Shown one piece after another: positions 1-8,631 of a stretch of 43,898 nt of DNA. The first letter of the stretch is position 1. Each line of letters begins with the position of its first letter. The stretch is from Acidimicrobiales bacterium (lineage in GTDB: Bacteria; Actinomycetota; Acidimicrobiia; Acidimicrobiales; CADCTF01), in contig JBKJKM010000148.1 in assembly GCA_046597375.1 (NCBI GenBank), forward strand, positions 1 through 43,898, read 5' to 3'. Position numbers and translations under genes: made by a program. Below the pieces are notes generated by a model, which was not told the origin of the DNA, made no database searches, and was given only the letters and a program-made list of their open reading frames with translations.

Positions 1-1
1 T

Positions 2-334
2 GACCTGATCACGGGACTTCCGAAGACGATCATCGTCACCACCGACGAGATCCGCGAGGCCATCGAGGAGCCGTTGACTGCCATCGTGGATGCCGTGAAG
101 GTGACCCTCGACAAGACGCCACCCGAGCTGGCCGCCGACATCATGGAGCAGGGCATCGTGCTCACCGGCGGCGGCGCCCTGCTGACCGGCATCGACAGCC
201 GTCTTTCGTCCGAAACCGGCATGCCCATCGTGGTGGCGGACAACCCGCTGTTGAGCGTGGCCATCGGCGGCGGCCAGTTCCTCGAGGAGTTCGACGCCCT
301 CAAGGACGTCCTCCTGCCGCCGCACTACTCCTAG
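2..334 (+). CDS. mreB: Rod shape-determining protein MreB, C-terminal fragment (5' end outside the window)
   Basis: Frame open from base 2: DLITGLPK...TPPELAADIMEQGIVLTGGGALL, typical MreB C-terminal motifs; directly upstream of mreC. Confidence 0.95.
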   Translation, partial: DLITGLPKTIIVTTDEIREAIEEPLTAIVDAVKVTLDKTPPELAADIMEQGIVLTGGGALLTGIDSRLSSETGMPIVVADNPLLSVAIGGGQFLEEFDALKDVLLPPHYS

Positions 335-342
335 TCGAGGCC

Positions 343-1176
343 TTGGCTGTCTACCGGCGTCCCGCCCGTTCGCGCTTCACGTTGCTCTTGCTCGTCCTGA
401 CTTCGATCACCATCCTGACCCTCGACTACCGCGGCGCCGGGGCGGGCACGATCGGCGTGGTCAAGGACGCAGTGCGCGACGGCTTCGCACCCGTGCAGCG
501 GGTGAGTGATCGACTCTTCGCGCCGGTCGGCAACTTCGTGGGTGGCATCGTCCACTACGGCGACCTGGAATCGGAGAACGAGCGACTTCGGTCGGAGATC
601 GCCGACATTCGCGGCGACCTGTACAAGGCGGACGACGCCGATCGTGAACGCCGAGCCCTCCTCGACCAGCTCGATCTGCCCACGCCGGAGGACATCCCAC
701 GCGTCGATGTGCGCGTCGTTTCCACGAGCCCGAGCAACTTTGCGTTCACGGTCGAGATCGACAAGGGGACGAACTCCGGCATCGCCACCGGGATGCCGGT
801 GGTGACGGGCGCCGGCCTCGTGGGCCGGATCACCCAGGCCTCGCGGAGCCGAGCGGTCGTGCAACTGATCACCGACAAGAAGTTCAGCGTTGGCATCCGC
901 CTGGCCAGCAGCGGCGACGTCGGGGTGGCCAGCGGGACCGGGTCGCAGCGAACTCTCACGGTCGACCTGATCGATCCCGCCACCGAGATCCCCACCGACG
1001 AGGTCGTCGTCACCAGCGGTCTACAGCAGAGCCAGTTCCCGCCCGGCTACCCGGTCGGACGGGTCCTTGTCCGGGAGACCCCTCCGAACGCACTGCAACA
1101 GGACGTCACCATCGCGCCAGTCGTCGACCTGCAGCGGCTCACCTTCTTGACGGTGTTGCAATGGACGCCCCGATGA
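343..1176 (+). CDS. mreC: Rod shape-determining protein MreC
   Basis: N-terminal TM segment, coiled coil (LESENERLRSE), IDKGTNSGI..GMPVV..GLVG and VVTSG..FPPG motifs; mre operon position. Confidence 0.95.
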   Translation: MAVYRRPARSRFTLLLLVLTSITILTLDYRGAGAGTIGVVKDAVRDGFAPVQRVSDRLFAPVGNFVGGIVHYGDLESENERLRSEIADIRGDLYKADDADRERRALLDQLDLPTPEDIPRVDVRVVSTSPSNFAFTVEIDKGTNSGIATGMPVVTGAGLVGRITQASRSRAVVQLITDKKFSVGIRLASSGDVGVASGTGSQRTLTVDLIDPATEIPTDEVVVTSGLQQSQFPPGYPVGRVLVRETPPNALQQDVTIAPVVDLQRLTFLTVLQWTPR

Positions 1177-1691
1177 TCCCGCTCGGCTCCGTCCGCCTCC
1201 GGGCCGTCGTGGCGTTGGCGCTGACGCTGGTGGTGCACCTCACGCTGTTGAGTCGGTTGCGGATCGACGACGTACGACCCGACGCGCTGCTTCTCCTGGC
1301 GCTCATGGCCGGGCTCGTCGCCGGACCGGAGCGGGGCGCCATCGTCGGCTTCGCCGCCGGGCTGCTGGCCGACCTGTTCCTCCAGTCGCCATTCGGCCTG
1401 AGCGCACTCTCGTACTGCCTGGTCGGCTTTGCCGTCGGGTCCGTCCAGTCCGGAATCCTTCGGGCGGCGTGGTGGATCCCGGTCGTCACTGCCCTCGGTG
1501 CCAGCGCCGCCGGCGTCGTGCTCTACGCCATCCTCGGCGCCATGGTCGGGCAGGTGGACTTCGTCTCACCCCGTCTCGCCCTCATCGCTGCCCTCGTGGG
1601 CTTCATGAATGCCGCCCTTGCGCCGGCCGCCGTCCGGCTCGTGTCCTGGGTGTTCCGTGTGGGCACCGCCGAACGGGCCTACGCCGGCTGA
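1173..1691 (+). CDS. mreD: Rod shape-determining protein MreD
   Basis: Hydrophobic multi-TM protein with RPD..L and GF.AGLL.DL motifs; ATG at 1173 overlaps the mreC stop (ATGA). Confidence 0.92.
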   Translation: MIPLGSVRLRAVVALALTLVVHLTLLSRLRIDDVRPDALLLLALMAGLVAGPERGAIVGFAAGLLADLFLQSPFGLSALSYCLVGFAVGSVQSGILRAAWWIPVVTALGASAAGVVLYAILGAMVGQVDFVSPRLALIAALVGFMNAALAPAAVRLVSWVFRVGTAERAYAG

Positions 1692-1707
1692 TGCCCCGGT
1701 TCCGGAG

Positions 1708-3615
1708 ATGAGCGAGAGCCCCCGCCTCCGCCTGGCCGTTGTCGGCGTCGTCGTCGTCTCGCTGTTCAGCGCCCTCTTCGCCCGGCTCTGGTACCTGCAG
1801 GTTCTCGACACGCGCACGTTCGTGACGGCGGCGACGTCCAACCAGATCCGCCTCGTGTACGAGGACGCGCCGCGGGGACGCATCCTCGATCGCAACGGCA
1901 AGGTGCTCGTCGACAACCGTCGCACCCAGGCCATCACCGTGAACCGCAACGAACTCGAGAAGTTGGACAACGCCGACGAGGTGAAGGGCCGCCTCGCCGC
2001 TCTGCTCAACCTCACGCGTGAGGACCTCGACAAGCGCATTGCCGACGTCCGGTACAGCCAATACAAGCCCGTCCCGGTGGCCGAGGGCGACGCCGTGCCC
2101 GAGGAGCTCTACATCTACCTCAAGGAGCACCAGCAGGACTTTCCTTCGGTCGAGGCCACGATCGTCTCCGAGCGCACGTACCCCAACGAGCCGGCTTCGC
2201 TTGCGGCCCATGTCCTCGGCTACGTCGGCGAGATCAACGACACCGAGCTCACCGCCCGAAAGAAGGACGGGTACCTGCTCGGCGACTCCCTTGGCAAGAG
2301 CGGGGCCGAGCGTGTCTACGAGTCGACGCTGCGGGGCGAGCCCGGCGTGACCAAGCTGCAGGTGAACTCGGCCGGCGAGGTCGTGAAGGGTGAGCCGCTC
2401 GCCGTCAAGGATCCGACGCCCGGGGAGGACGTCACCCTCACCATCGACCTCGACGTGCAGCGGCTGGCCGAGGAGTCACTCCTCCAGGGTCTCGAGGCGG
2501 CGCGCTCGGCCGTCGACCGCAACGGCGACGGCAAGCCCTTCGAGGCGCCGGCCGGCAGCGTCGTCGTCACCGATCCCCGCGACGGTTCGGTCATCGCCAT
2601 GGCTTCGTACCCGACGTACAACCCGGGCGACTTCGTGAACGGGTTGTCGAACGACGTGTACCGGATCCTCAACGATCCCGTGAGTTACAAGCCCTTGCTC
2701 AATAGGGCGATCCAGACCGGCTATGCGCCGGGTTCGACGTTCAAGCTCATCACGGCGGTCGCTGGGATGCAGAGGGGGATGATCGCCGCGAACTCGTCGA
2801 TCACCGACCCCGGCTTCTACAAGGTGCCAGATTGCAAGGGCGAGAAGTGCTCGTTCCAGAATGCCGGACGTAAGGCGTGGGGGCGCGTCGACCTGCGACG
2901 GTCGATCACCGTTTCGAGCGATGTGTATTTCTACGGGCTCGGTGCCCGCTTCTGGCTCGAGCGCACCAAGTTCGGGCCCGGCCTCCAGGAGACGGCCCGC
3001 AACTTCGGGCTCGACGAGCCGACCGGCGTCCCGTTGCCGGGCGACATCGGGGGAACGATCCCCGACCCGGAGTGGAAGAAGCGGCTGTGCGAGAACCCGG
3101 CGGCGAAGTGCGTCGACGACCGCTGGTTCACCGGCGACTCGATCAACATGTCGATCGGCCAGGGCGACGTGCTCGTCACGCCTCTGCAGCTGGCGAACGC
3201 CTACGCCACGTTTGCTAACGGCGGCACGCTCCACCGGCCCCGCCTGGCTGTCGATGAGCCCGTCACCGCCCTGCGCGACGTGGGTCTGACACCGGCGATG
3301 CGCCAGCCGATCCTCGATGGGCTCAAGGGCGTGGTGGCACGCGAGGAGGGCACCGCCTTCTACGCTTTCGCCGGCTTCCCGAACAACACCTTCCCGGTGG
3401 CCGGGAAGACGGGGACGGCCCAGGTGTCGAAGAAGCACGACACCGCCGTCTTCGCCGCCTTCGCCCCAGCCGATGCCCCGCAGTATGCGATCTCGGTGAT
3501 CATGGAGGAGTCCGGGTTCGGCGGAACCACGGCGGCGCCGGTCGCCCGCCGAATCCTCCAGGGCATCCTCGGCCAGCCGGCCGAGGCCATCCGCCTCGGC
3601 CAGGGCAGTGATTGA
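1708..3615 (+). CDS. mrdA: Penicillin-binding protein 2
   Basis: TM anchor, APRGRILDRNG, SxxK (PGSTFK), SSD and KTG motifs; between mreD and rodA. Start taken at ATG 1708. Confidence 0.93.
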   Translation: MSESPRLRLAVVGVVVVSLFSALFARLWYLQVLDTRTFVTAATSNQIRLVYEDAPRGRILDRNGKVLVDNRRTQAITVNRNELEKLDNADEVKGRLAALLNLTREDLDKRIADVRYSQYKPVPVAEGDAVPEELYIYLKEHQQDFPSVEATIVSERTYPNEPASLAAHVLGYVGEINDTELTARKKDGYLLGDSLGKSGAERVYESTLRGEPGVTKLQVNSAGEVVKGEPLAVKDPTPGEDVTLTIDLDVQRLAEESLLQGLEAARSAVDRNGDGKPFEAPAGSVVVTDPRDGSVIAMASYPTYNPGDFVNGLSNDVYRILNDPVSYKPLLNRAIQTGYAPGSTFKLITAVAGMQRGMIAANSSITDPGFYKVPDCKGEKCSFQNAGRKAWGRVDLRRSITVSSDVYFYGLGARFWLERTKFGPGLQETARNFGLDEPTGVPLPGDIGGTIPDPEWKKRLCENPAAKCVDDRWFTGDSINMSIGQGDVLVTPLQLANAYATFANGGTLHRPRLAVDEPVTALRDVGLTPAMRQPILDGLKGVVAREEGTAFYAFAGFPNNTFPVAGKTGTAQVSKKHDTAVFAAFAPADAPQYAISVIMEESGFGGTTAAPVARRILQGILGQPAEAIRLGQGSD

Positions 3616-3627
3616 CGTGAACCTCTG

Positions 3628-4758
3628 ATGGCGACAGCGAGCTTCAATCGGGGCAACGCGGCGTCGCCGTGGCGACATGTCGACCTCGGGCTGGCCGCCG
3701 CCGTCGTGTTCCTCGCCAGCTTCGGGCTGTTGATGATCTACAGCGCGACCCGCACGAGACTCGACGAGGCCGGCATCGATCCGCAGTACTACCTCCAGCG
3801 TCAGGCGATGTTCGTGGCCGTCGGGATCGGAGTGATGGTGCTGACCGCAATCGTCGACTACCGCAAGATTCGCGACTTCGCCCCGGTCATCTACGTCGGG
3901 ACAGTCGGTCTCCTGGGCCTCGTGCTGTTGTTCGGCGCCGAGAACAAGGGCCAGCAGGCGAGCTTCGAGTTCGGCCCCTTCCAGCTGCAGCCCTCGGAGT
4001 TCGCCAAGGTGGCGCTGATCGTCTGCCTGGCCGCCTACGTCTCGTCGCTGCGAGGGGAGATCGACGGGCGGCGGATGTTGAGCATCGTCGGGCTTGCGGG
4101 CGTGCCCATGGGCATGATCTACCTGCAGCCCGACCTCGGCACGTCCCTCGTCTTCGGGGCGATCCTGCTCGGCATGCTGTTGGTATCCGGGGCCAAGGCC
4201 CGCCACCTCGTCGCCCTGTTGGTCATCGCCGTCATCGCCGTGGTCGCCGTCGTGAACCTGGGGGTGCTCAAGGACTATCAGTACCAACGGCTGACCTCCT
4301 TCCTCGAGCCCGAAGCCGACACCGATAGATCGGCCTACAACCTGGCCCAGTCGAAGACGGCCATCGGCTCGGGCGGGGTCGCCGGCAAGGGCCTCTTTCG
4401 AGGCACCCAGACCAATCTCTCCTACGTGCCGGAGCAGCACACCGACTTCATCTTCACGGCCGTGGGGGAGCAGCTCGGGCTCGTCGGATCGGCGGTGCTG
4501 CTGGCCGTGTTCGCGCTCGTGGCCTGGCGGACGTGGCGATCTGCGGCGCTGGCCAAGGACGTGGCCGGCACCCTCATCTGCGTCGGCGTGCTCGCCATGT
4601 TGACGTTCCAGATCTTCGAGAACGTCGGGATGACGATGGGGATCATGCCGATCACCGGAATCCCCTTGCCCTTCATGAGCTACGGCGGCTCCTCGACGCT
4701 GGCGACGTTCGCCGCCATGGGGCTCGTCCTCAACGTCCACATGCGCCGCTTCACGTAA
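3628..4758 (+). CDS. rodA: SEDS peptidoglycan polymerase RodA
   Basis: QPSEFAK, QPDLGT, PEQHTDFIF and GIPLPFMSYGGSS motifs; follows PBP2. Confidence 0.95.
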   Translation: MATASFNRGNAASPWRHVDLGLAAAVVFLASFGLLMIYSATRTRLDEAGIDPQYYLQRQAMFVAVGIGVMVLTAIVDYRKIRDFAPVIYVGTVGLLGLVLLFGAENKGQQASFEFGPFQLQPSEFAKVALIVCLAAYVSSLRGEIDGRRMLSIVGLAGVPMGMIYLQPDLGTSLVFGAILLGMLLVSGAKARHLVALLVIAVIAVVAVVNLGVLKDYQYQRLTSFLEPEADTDRSAYNLAQSKTAIGSGGVAGKGLFRGTQTNLSYVPEQHTDFIFTAVGEQLGLVGSAVLLAVFALVAWRTWRSAALAKDVAGTLICVGVLAMLTFQIFENVGMTMGIMPITGIPLPFMSYGGSSTLATFAAMGLVLNVHMRRFT

Positions 4759-4866
4759 CACTGGTCTCGCTCGGCGACGCCGCCCTTCGGGCCGAGGCTG
4801 CATTTCCCGGGCACGACCAATCAGGGCCGCTCGACGGGCGCCTGCTCGCTGGCGCTCCCGACGCCG
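4759..4866. repeat. Dispersed intergenic repeat, copy 1 (REP-like)
   Basis: 4759-4798 matches 25409-25448 (34/40) and 4826-4866 matches 25452-25492 (37/41), aligned by eye; begins right after the rodA stop. Confidence 0.85.
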
Positions 4867-4896
4867 CCGGCGGATGGCGGCGCCGCCATCCCGGCG
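4865..4896. terminator. Strong GC-rich hairpin after rodA, possible terminator without a U-tract
   Basis: Perfect palindrome GGATGGCGGCGCCGCCATCC at 4872-4891, with flanking CGCCGG/CCGGCG. Confidence 0.45.
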
Positions 4897-4960
4897 ACGG
4901 CTTTCGGATCGCGTTAGGTTCCCGTCGTCAAATTGGCGAGTACTAAAGGCGGGAATTGAC

Positions 4961-5854
4961 ATGAAGAGGTTTCTCTGGCTGGCGTCGCTCGTGGGTCTGT
5001 TGGCCTTCGGGGCGTGCGGTGACGACGACGATCCTCCGGCAGCCACTGGCGACGATGCTGCGGACTCGGCCGGGAACGGCGCCACCAAGGCCAAGTCCGA
5101 GATCCACCGGGTCTCCTTCTCGGCCAAGGAGTACTCCTACGGTTTGGCCAAGGAGATCAAGAGCGGCACGACCGAATTCACGATGAAGAACGACGGCAAG
5201 GAACTCCACATTGCAGCCCTCGCCAAGGTGAGCGACGGCAAGACCTTCGCCGACGTGACCAAGTTCTTCGCGCAGCCTCCGGGCACGGCCAGTGGGCCGC
5301 CGCCCAGCACCGAGGTGACGGGCATCGCCTCGACCAGCCCCGGGCTGGCGAGCAACGTCACCGTGGAACTCGAGGCCGGCACCTACTACTTCGCCTGCTT
5401 CATTCCGTCGGCCGACGGTGCTCCCCACTTCGTCAAGGGCATGATCCAGCCCTTCGAGGTCGTCGAGGACGAAGCCGAGCCGGCCGACCTCGAGACCGCC
5501 GCCGGCAAGGTCGTCGCCAAGGACTTCGCCTACACGACCGACTACAAGGCCAAGGCCGGAGAGCAGGTCATCGAGCTGACCAATGACGGCCCCCAGGACC
5601 ACGAGATCACCCTCGTCGAGTTCAACGCCGGCAAGGGTCCGGGCGACCTGGCCGCCTACTTCGAGAAGCCGGAAGGGCCGCCTCCGGCCACCTTCCTCGG
5701 CGGTCCCGTCGTCGCCAAAGGCGGCAAGGTGACGTGGCGGACGCCGGCACTGGCCGTCGGGAAGAGCTACTTCTTCATGTGCCTCATCCCCGACCAGGCG
5801 GACGACGTGCCCCACGCCGCCAAGGGCATGGTCCTTCCCGTCTCGGTCACCTAG
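4961..5854 (+). CDS. Lipoprotein with two cupredoxin-like (type 1 copper) domains
   Basis: Signal peptide with lipobox (LAFGAC). Two repeats of H...C-x-IP...PH-x4-M: ELH...FACFIPSADGAPHFVKGM and QDH...FMCLIPDQADDVPHAAKGM. Confidence 0.75.
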   Translation: MKRFLWLASLVGLLAFGACGDDDDPPAATGDDAADSAGNGATKAKSEIHRVSFSAKEYSYGLAKEIKSGTTEFTMKNDGKELHIAALAKVSDGKTFADVTKFFAQPPGTASGPPPSTEVTGIASTSPGLASNVTVELEAGTYYFACFIPSADGAPHFVKGMIQPFEVVEDEAEPADLETAAGKVVAKDFAYTTDYKAKAGEQVIELTNDGPQDHEITLVEFNAGKGPGDLAAYFEKPEGPPPATFLGGPVVAKGGKVTWRTPALAVGKSYFFMCLIPDQADDVPHAAKGMVLPVSVT

Positions 5855-5903
5855 CGCCCCCCGATCAGGTCGGTTGCCGGCCCGGCGGTAGGCTGGGTCG
5901 GCA

Positions 5904-7850
5904 ATGACCTCTCTGTGGCCGCGGATCGAGCCCCTGCTGGGCAAGGTCCAGAAGCCGGCCCGATACATCGGCTGCGAAGAGGGCTCCCAGACACCCCAGC
6001 ACGCTCCTCACAAGGCGGCGTGGCTGCTCATCTATCCCGACGCCTACGAGGTCGGCCTGCCGAACCAGGGCCTGCAGATCCTCTACGAGCTGCTCAACGA
6101 GCGTGATGACGCCGTGGCCGAGCGCTCCTATGCGCCCTGGACCGACATGGAGGGCCAGCTCCGCAGTCGGGGCTTGCCGCTCTTCAGCGTCGACACCCAC
6201 CGAGCGGCGGGCGATTTCGATCTGCTGGCCTTCAATCTGTCGGCCGAGCTCGTCTTCACCAATCTTCTCAACTGCGTCGATCTGGCCGGCGTGCCTGTCC
6301 GCAGTGCCGAACGCACACCTGAACACCCCCTGGTCGTGGCCGGCGGCCACTGCACCTTCAACCCGGAGCCCTTGGCCGACTTCGTCGACCTCTTCGTGAT
6401 TGGCGACGGCGAAGAGGTCATCGCCGAGATCACGGAGATCGTGGCCGAATGGAAAAAGGGTGGGCGTACCGCCGGTTCTCGGGAGCGCGTGCTCCGCAGC
6501 CTGGCTGCGGTACCCGGCTGCTACGTCCCCTCGATGTACGACGTCGAGTACGACGGCCAGCGGCTGGCCAGCGTCACCCCGAAGCACGCCGACGTGCCCG
6601 CCCAGGTCGAGAAGCGCACGATCGCCGATCTCGGGGCCTGGCCTTACCCCAAGAATCAGCTCATTCCGATGACGGAGGTCGTGCACGATCGCCTCAACGT
6701 GGAGATCTTTCGAGGCTGCACACGCGGCTGTCGCTTTTGCCAGGCCGGGATGATCACCCGTCCGGTCCGTGAGCGCCCGGTCGCCCAGGTCAAGGCGATG
6801 ATCTCCGACGGCCTCAAGCGCACTGGCTACGACGAGGTCGCCCTCACCTCGCTGTCGAGCGCCGACTACTCCGGAATCGACGAGGTCGTGAAGGGCGTCA
6901 TCGACGATCCGGCGTGCGGTGGGCAGGTCGGTGTGAGCCTTCCGTCCTTGCGGGTCGACGCCTACACCGTGGGTCTGGCGGCCGAGATCGCCAAGGTGCG
7001 TCGGACGGGGCTGACGTTTGCGCCCGAGGGCGGCACATGGCGCATCCGCCAGGTGATCTCCAAGCTCATTCGTGAGGAGGACCTTTACGGCGCCGTCGAC
7101 TCGGCCTTCTCCCAGGGCTGGCAGCGCGTGAAGCTCTACTTTCTGATCGGCCTCCCGACGGAGACCGACGAGGACACGCTCGGCATCGCTGAGCTGGCCA
7201 AGAATTGTGTGGCCATCGGGAAGAAGCACACCAACCGGGTGACGGTCAGCGCCTCCATCGGTGGGTTCGTTCCCAAACCGCAGACGCCGTTCCAGTGGTT
7301 CGGGCAGAACACCGAGGACGAGCTGCGACGCAAGATCAACCTGCTGCGCGACGTCACCCGCAAGCAGCACGGCGTGCAGCTCAAATGGCACGACCCCAAG
7401 GCCACACTGGCCGAGGGCATCGCCTCACGCGGCGACCGCCGCATCGGCGCCGTCATCGAAGAGGTGTGGCGCAACGGGGGCATCTTCCAGGAGTGGTCGG
7501 AGTTCTTCGACGTCGACCTCTGGAAGAACGCCATGGCCAAGCACGGCCTCGACATCGACTGGTACGTGCACCGTCACCGCACCGAGGACGAGATCCTCCC
7601 GTGGGACCACATCTCGGCCGGTCTCCACAAGGACTTCCTCTGGGGCGACTGGCAGGACGCCCTGGCGGCGTCAGGTGTCGAGGACTGCCGCTGGACTCCC
7701 TGCTACGACTGCGGCGCCTGTACCGGCTACGGCATCGAGCATCGTGTGGCGTCGGCCACCCCCCCGGCCGGCGGTTCGCAGGGCACCGGGCAGGACCTGG
7801 CGTCCGGCGGGTTCGTACCGGTGCAGCTCATGACGGGCGCCCGCAAGTGA
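5904..7850 (+). CDS. TIGR03960-type B12-binding radical SAM protein
   Basis: CxxxCxxC (RGCTRGCRFC), N-terminal VQKPARYIG/YPDAYEVG, C-terminal DCRWTPCYDCGAC; paired with a TIGR03936-type gene upstream of rne, as in many actinobacteria. Confidence 0.9.
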   Translation: MTSLWPRIEPLLGKVQKPARYIGCEEGSQTPQHAPHKAAWLLIYPDAYEVGLPNQGLQILYELLNERDDAVAERSYAPWTDMEGQLRSRGLPLFSVDTHRAAGDFDLLAFNLSAELVFTNLLNCVDLAGVPVRSAERTPEHPLVVAGGHCTFNPEPLADFVDLFVIGDGEEVIAEITEIVAEWKKGGRTAGSRERVLRSLAAVPGCYVPSMYDVEYDGQRLASVTPKHADVPAQVEKRTIADLGAWPYPKNQLIPMTEVVHDRLNVEIFRGCTRGCRFCQAGMITRPVRERPVAQVKAMISDGLKRTGYDEVALTSLSSADYSGIDEVVKGVIDDPACGGQVGVSLPSLRVDAYTVGLAAEIAKVRRTGLTFAPEGGTWRIRQVISKLIREEDLYGAVDSAFSQGWQRVKLYFLIGLPTETDEDTLGIAELAKNCVAIGKKHTNRVTVSASIGGFVPKPQTPFQWFGQNTEDELRRKINLLRDVTRKQHGVQLKWHDPKATLAEGIASRGDRRIGAVIEEVWRNGGIFQEWSEFFDVDLWKNAMAKHGLDIDWYVHRHRTEDEILPWDHISAGLHKDFLWGDWQDALAASGVEDCRWTPCYDCGACTGYGIEHRVASATPPAGGSQGTGQDLASGGFVPVQLMTGARK

Positions 7851-7860
7851 GCGCTGTCGC

Positions 7861-8616
7861 GTGAGGATCCGCGTCAAGTTCTCCAAGACGGGCAAGATCC
7901 GCTGGACGAGCCACCGCGACGTCGCCCGCATGTGGGAACGTGCGTTCCGCCGCACCGAGCTACCGCTGGCGTACTCGGTCGGCTTCTCGCCCCGCCCCAA
8001 GGTGAGCTTCGGGCTCGCCCTCTCGAACGGCCACGAGTCGGTGGCCGAGTACCTCGACCTCGAGCTCGACCCGGCGCTGGCCGAGGGCCTCGTCATCGAC
8101 GAGTTGGGAGCGCGCCTCACCGCTGCGCTCCCTGACGGCATCGACGTCCTCGACGTCGGCGTCATCGACGATCGACGCGACTCGTTGCAGCATGAGGTCA
8201 CCGCCACCCGATTCGAGATCACCGTGGCTGGCGCAACCCTTGCGGCGGTGCATGCTCTCGTGGCCACCGCCCTGGCCGCCGATGCCATCACCATCACCCG
8301 CACCCGAAAGGGGACGGCCGTCAGCGACGATGTCCGCCCCGCCATCCTGTCCATCGACATCCTCGACGAGCTCGAGGGCGACGATGGACGCACCGTCGTG
8401 CGCTTCGGCGCCGAGCTGGCCACGCAGCCTCGTGGTCTGCGCCCCGCCGAACTGCTGACCGCCTTGGGCGACTCGCTCGAGGAGGTCCGGGTCCGCCGGA
8501 CCCACCAATGGATTTCGCGCACTGATGGCGCGCGGACCGAGCCCCTCGACGGGGCTGACGGTCCGCCCGACGCCACGGACGCGCCACCCGCTCAGCTTCT
8601 CGAACGGGTGTCATGA
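7861..8616 (+). CDS. TIGR03936 (DUF2344)-type radical SAM-associated protein
   Basis: KFSKTGKIRWTSHRD..ERAFRR..LPLAYS.GFSPRPK..ES.AEY motif; gene context. Confidence 0.9.
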   Translation: MRIRVKFSKTGKIRWTSHRDVARMWERAFRRTELPLAYSVGFSPRPKVSFGLALSNGHESVAEYLDLELDPALAEGLVIDELGARLTAALPDGIDVLDVGVIDDRRDSLQHEVTATRFEITVAGATLAAVHALVATALAADAITITRTRKGTAVSDDVRPAILSIDILDELEGDDGRTVVRFGAELATQPRGLRPAELLTALGDSLEEVRVRRTHQWISRTDGARTEPLDGADGPPDATDAPPAQLLERVS

Positions 8617-8631
8617 GAAGGGACCTCTCCC

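Noticed and set aside
2476-5127. 883-aa minus-strand ORF, and similar long ORFs (30847-33231 +, 40482-43652 -, 23728-25368 -, 17084-18706 +)
   Set aside because: They are antisense shadows of well-supported genes, expected from high-GC codon bias, and show no recognisable motifs.
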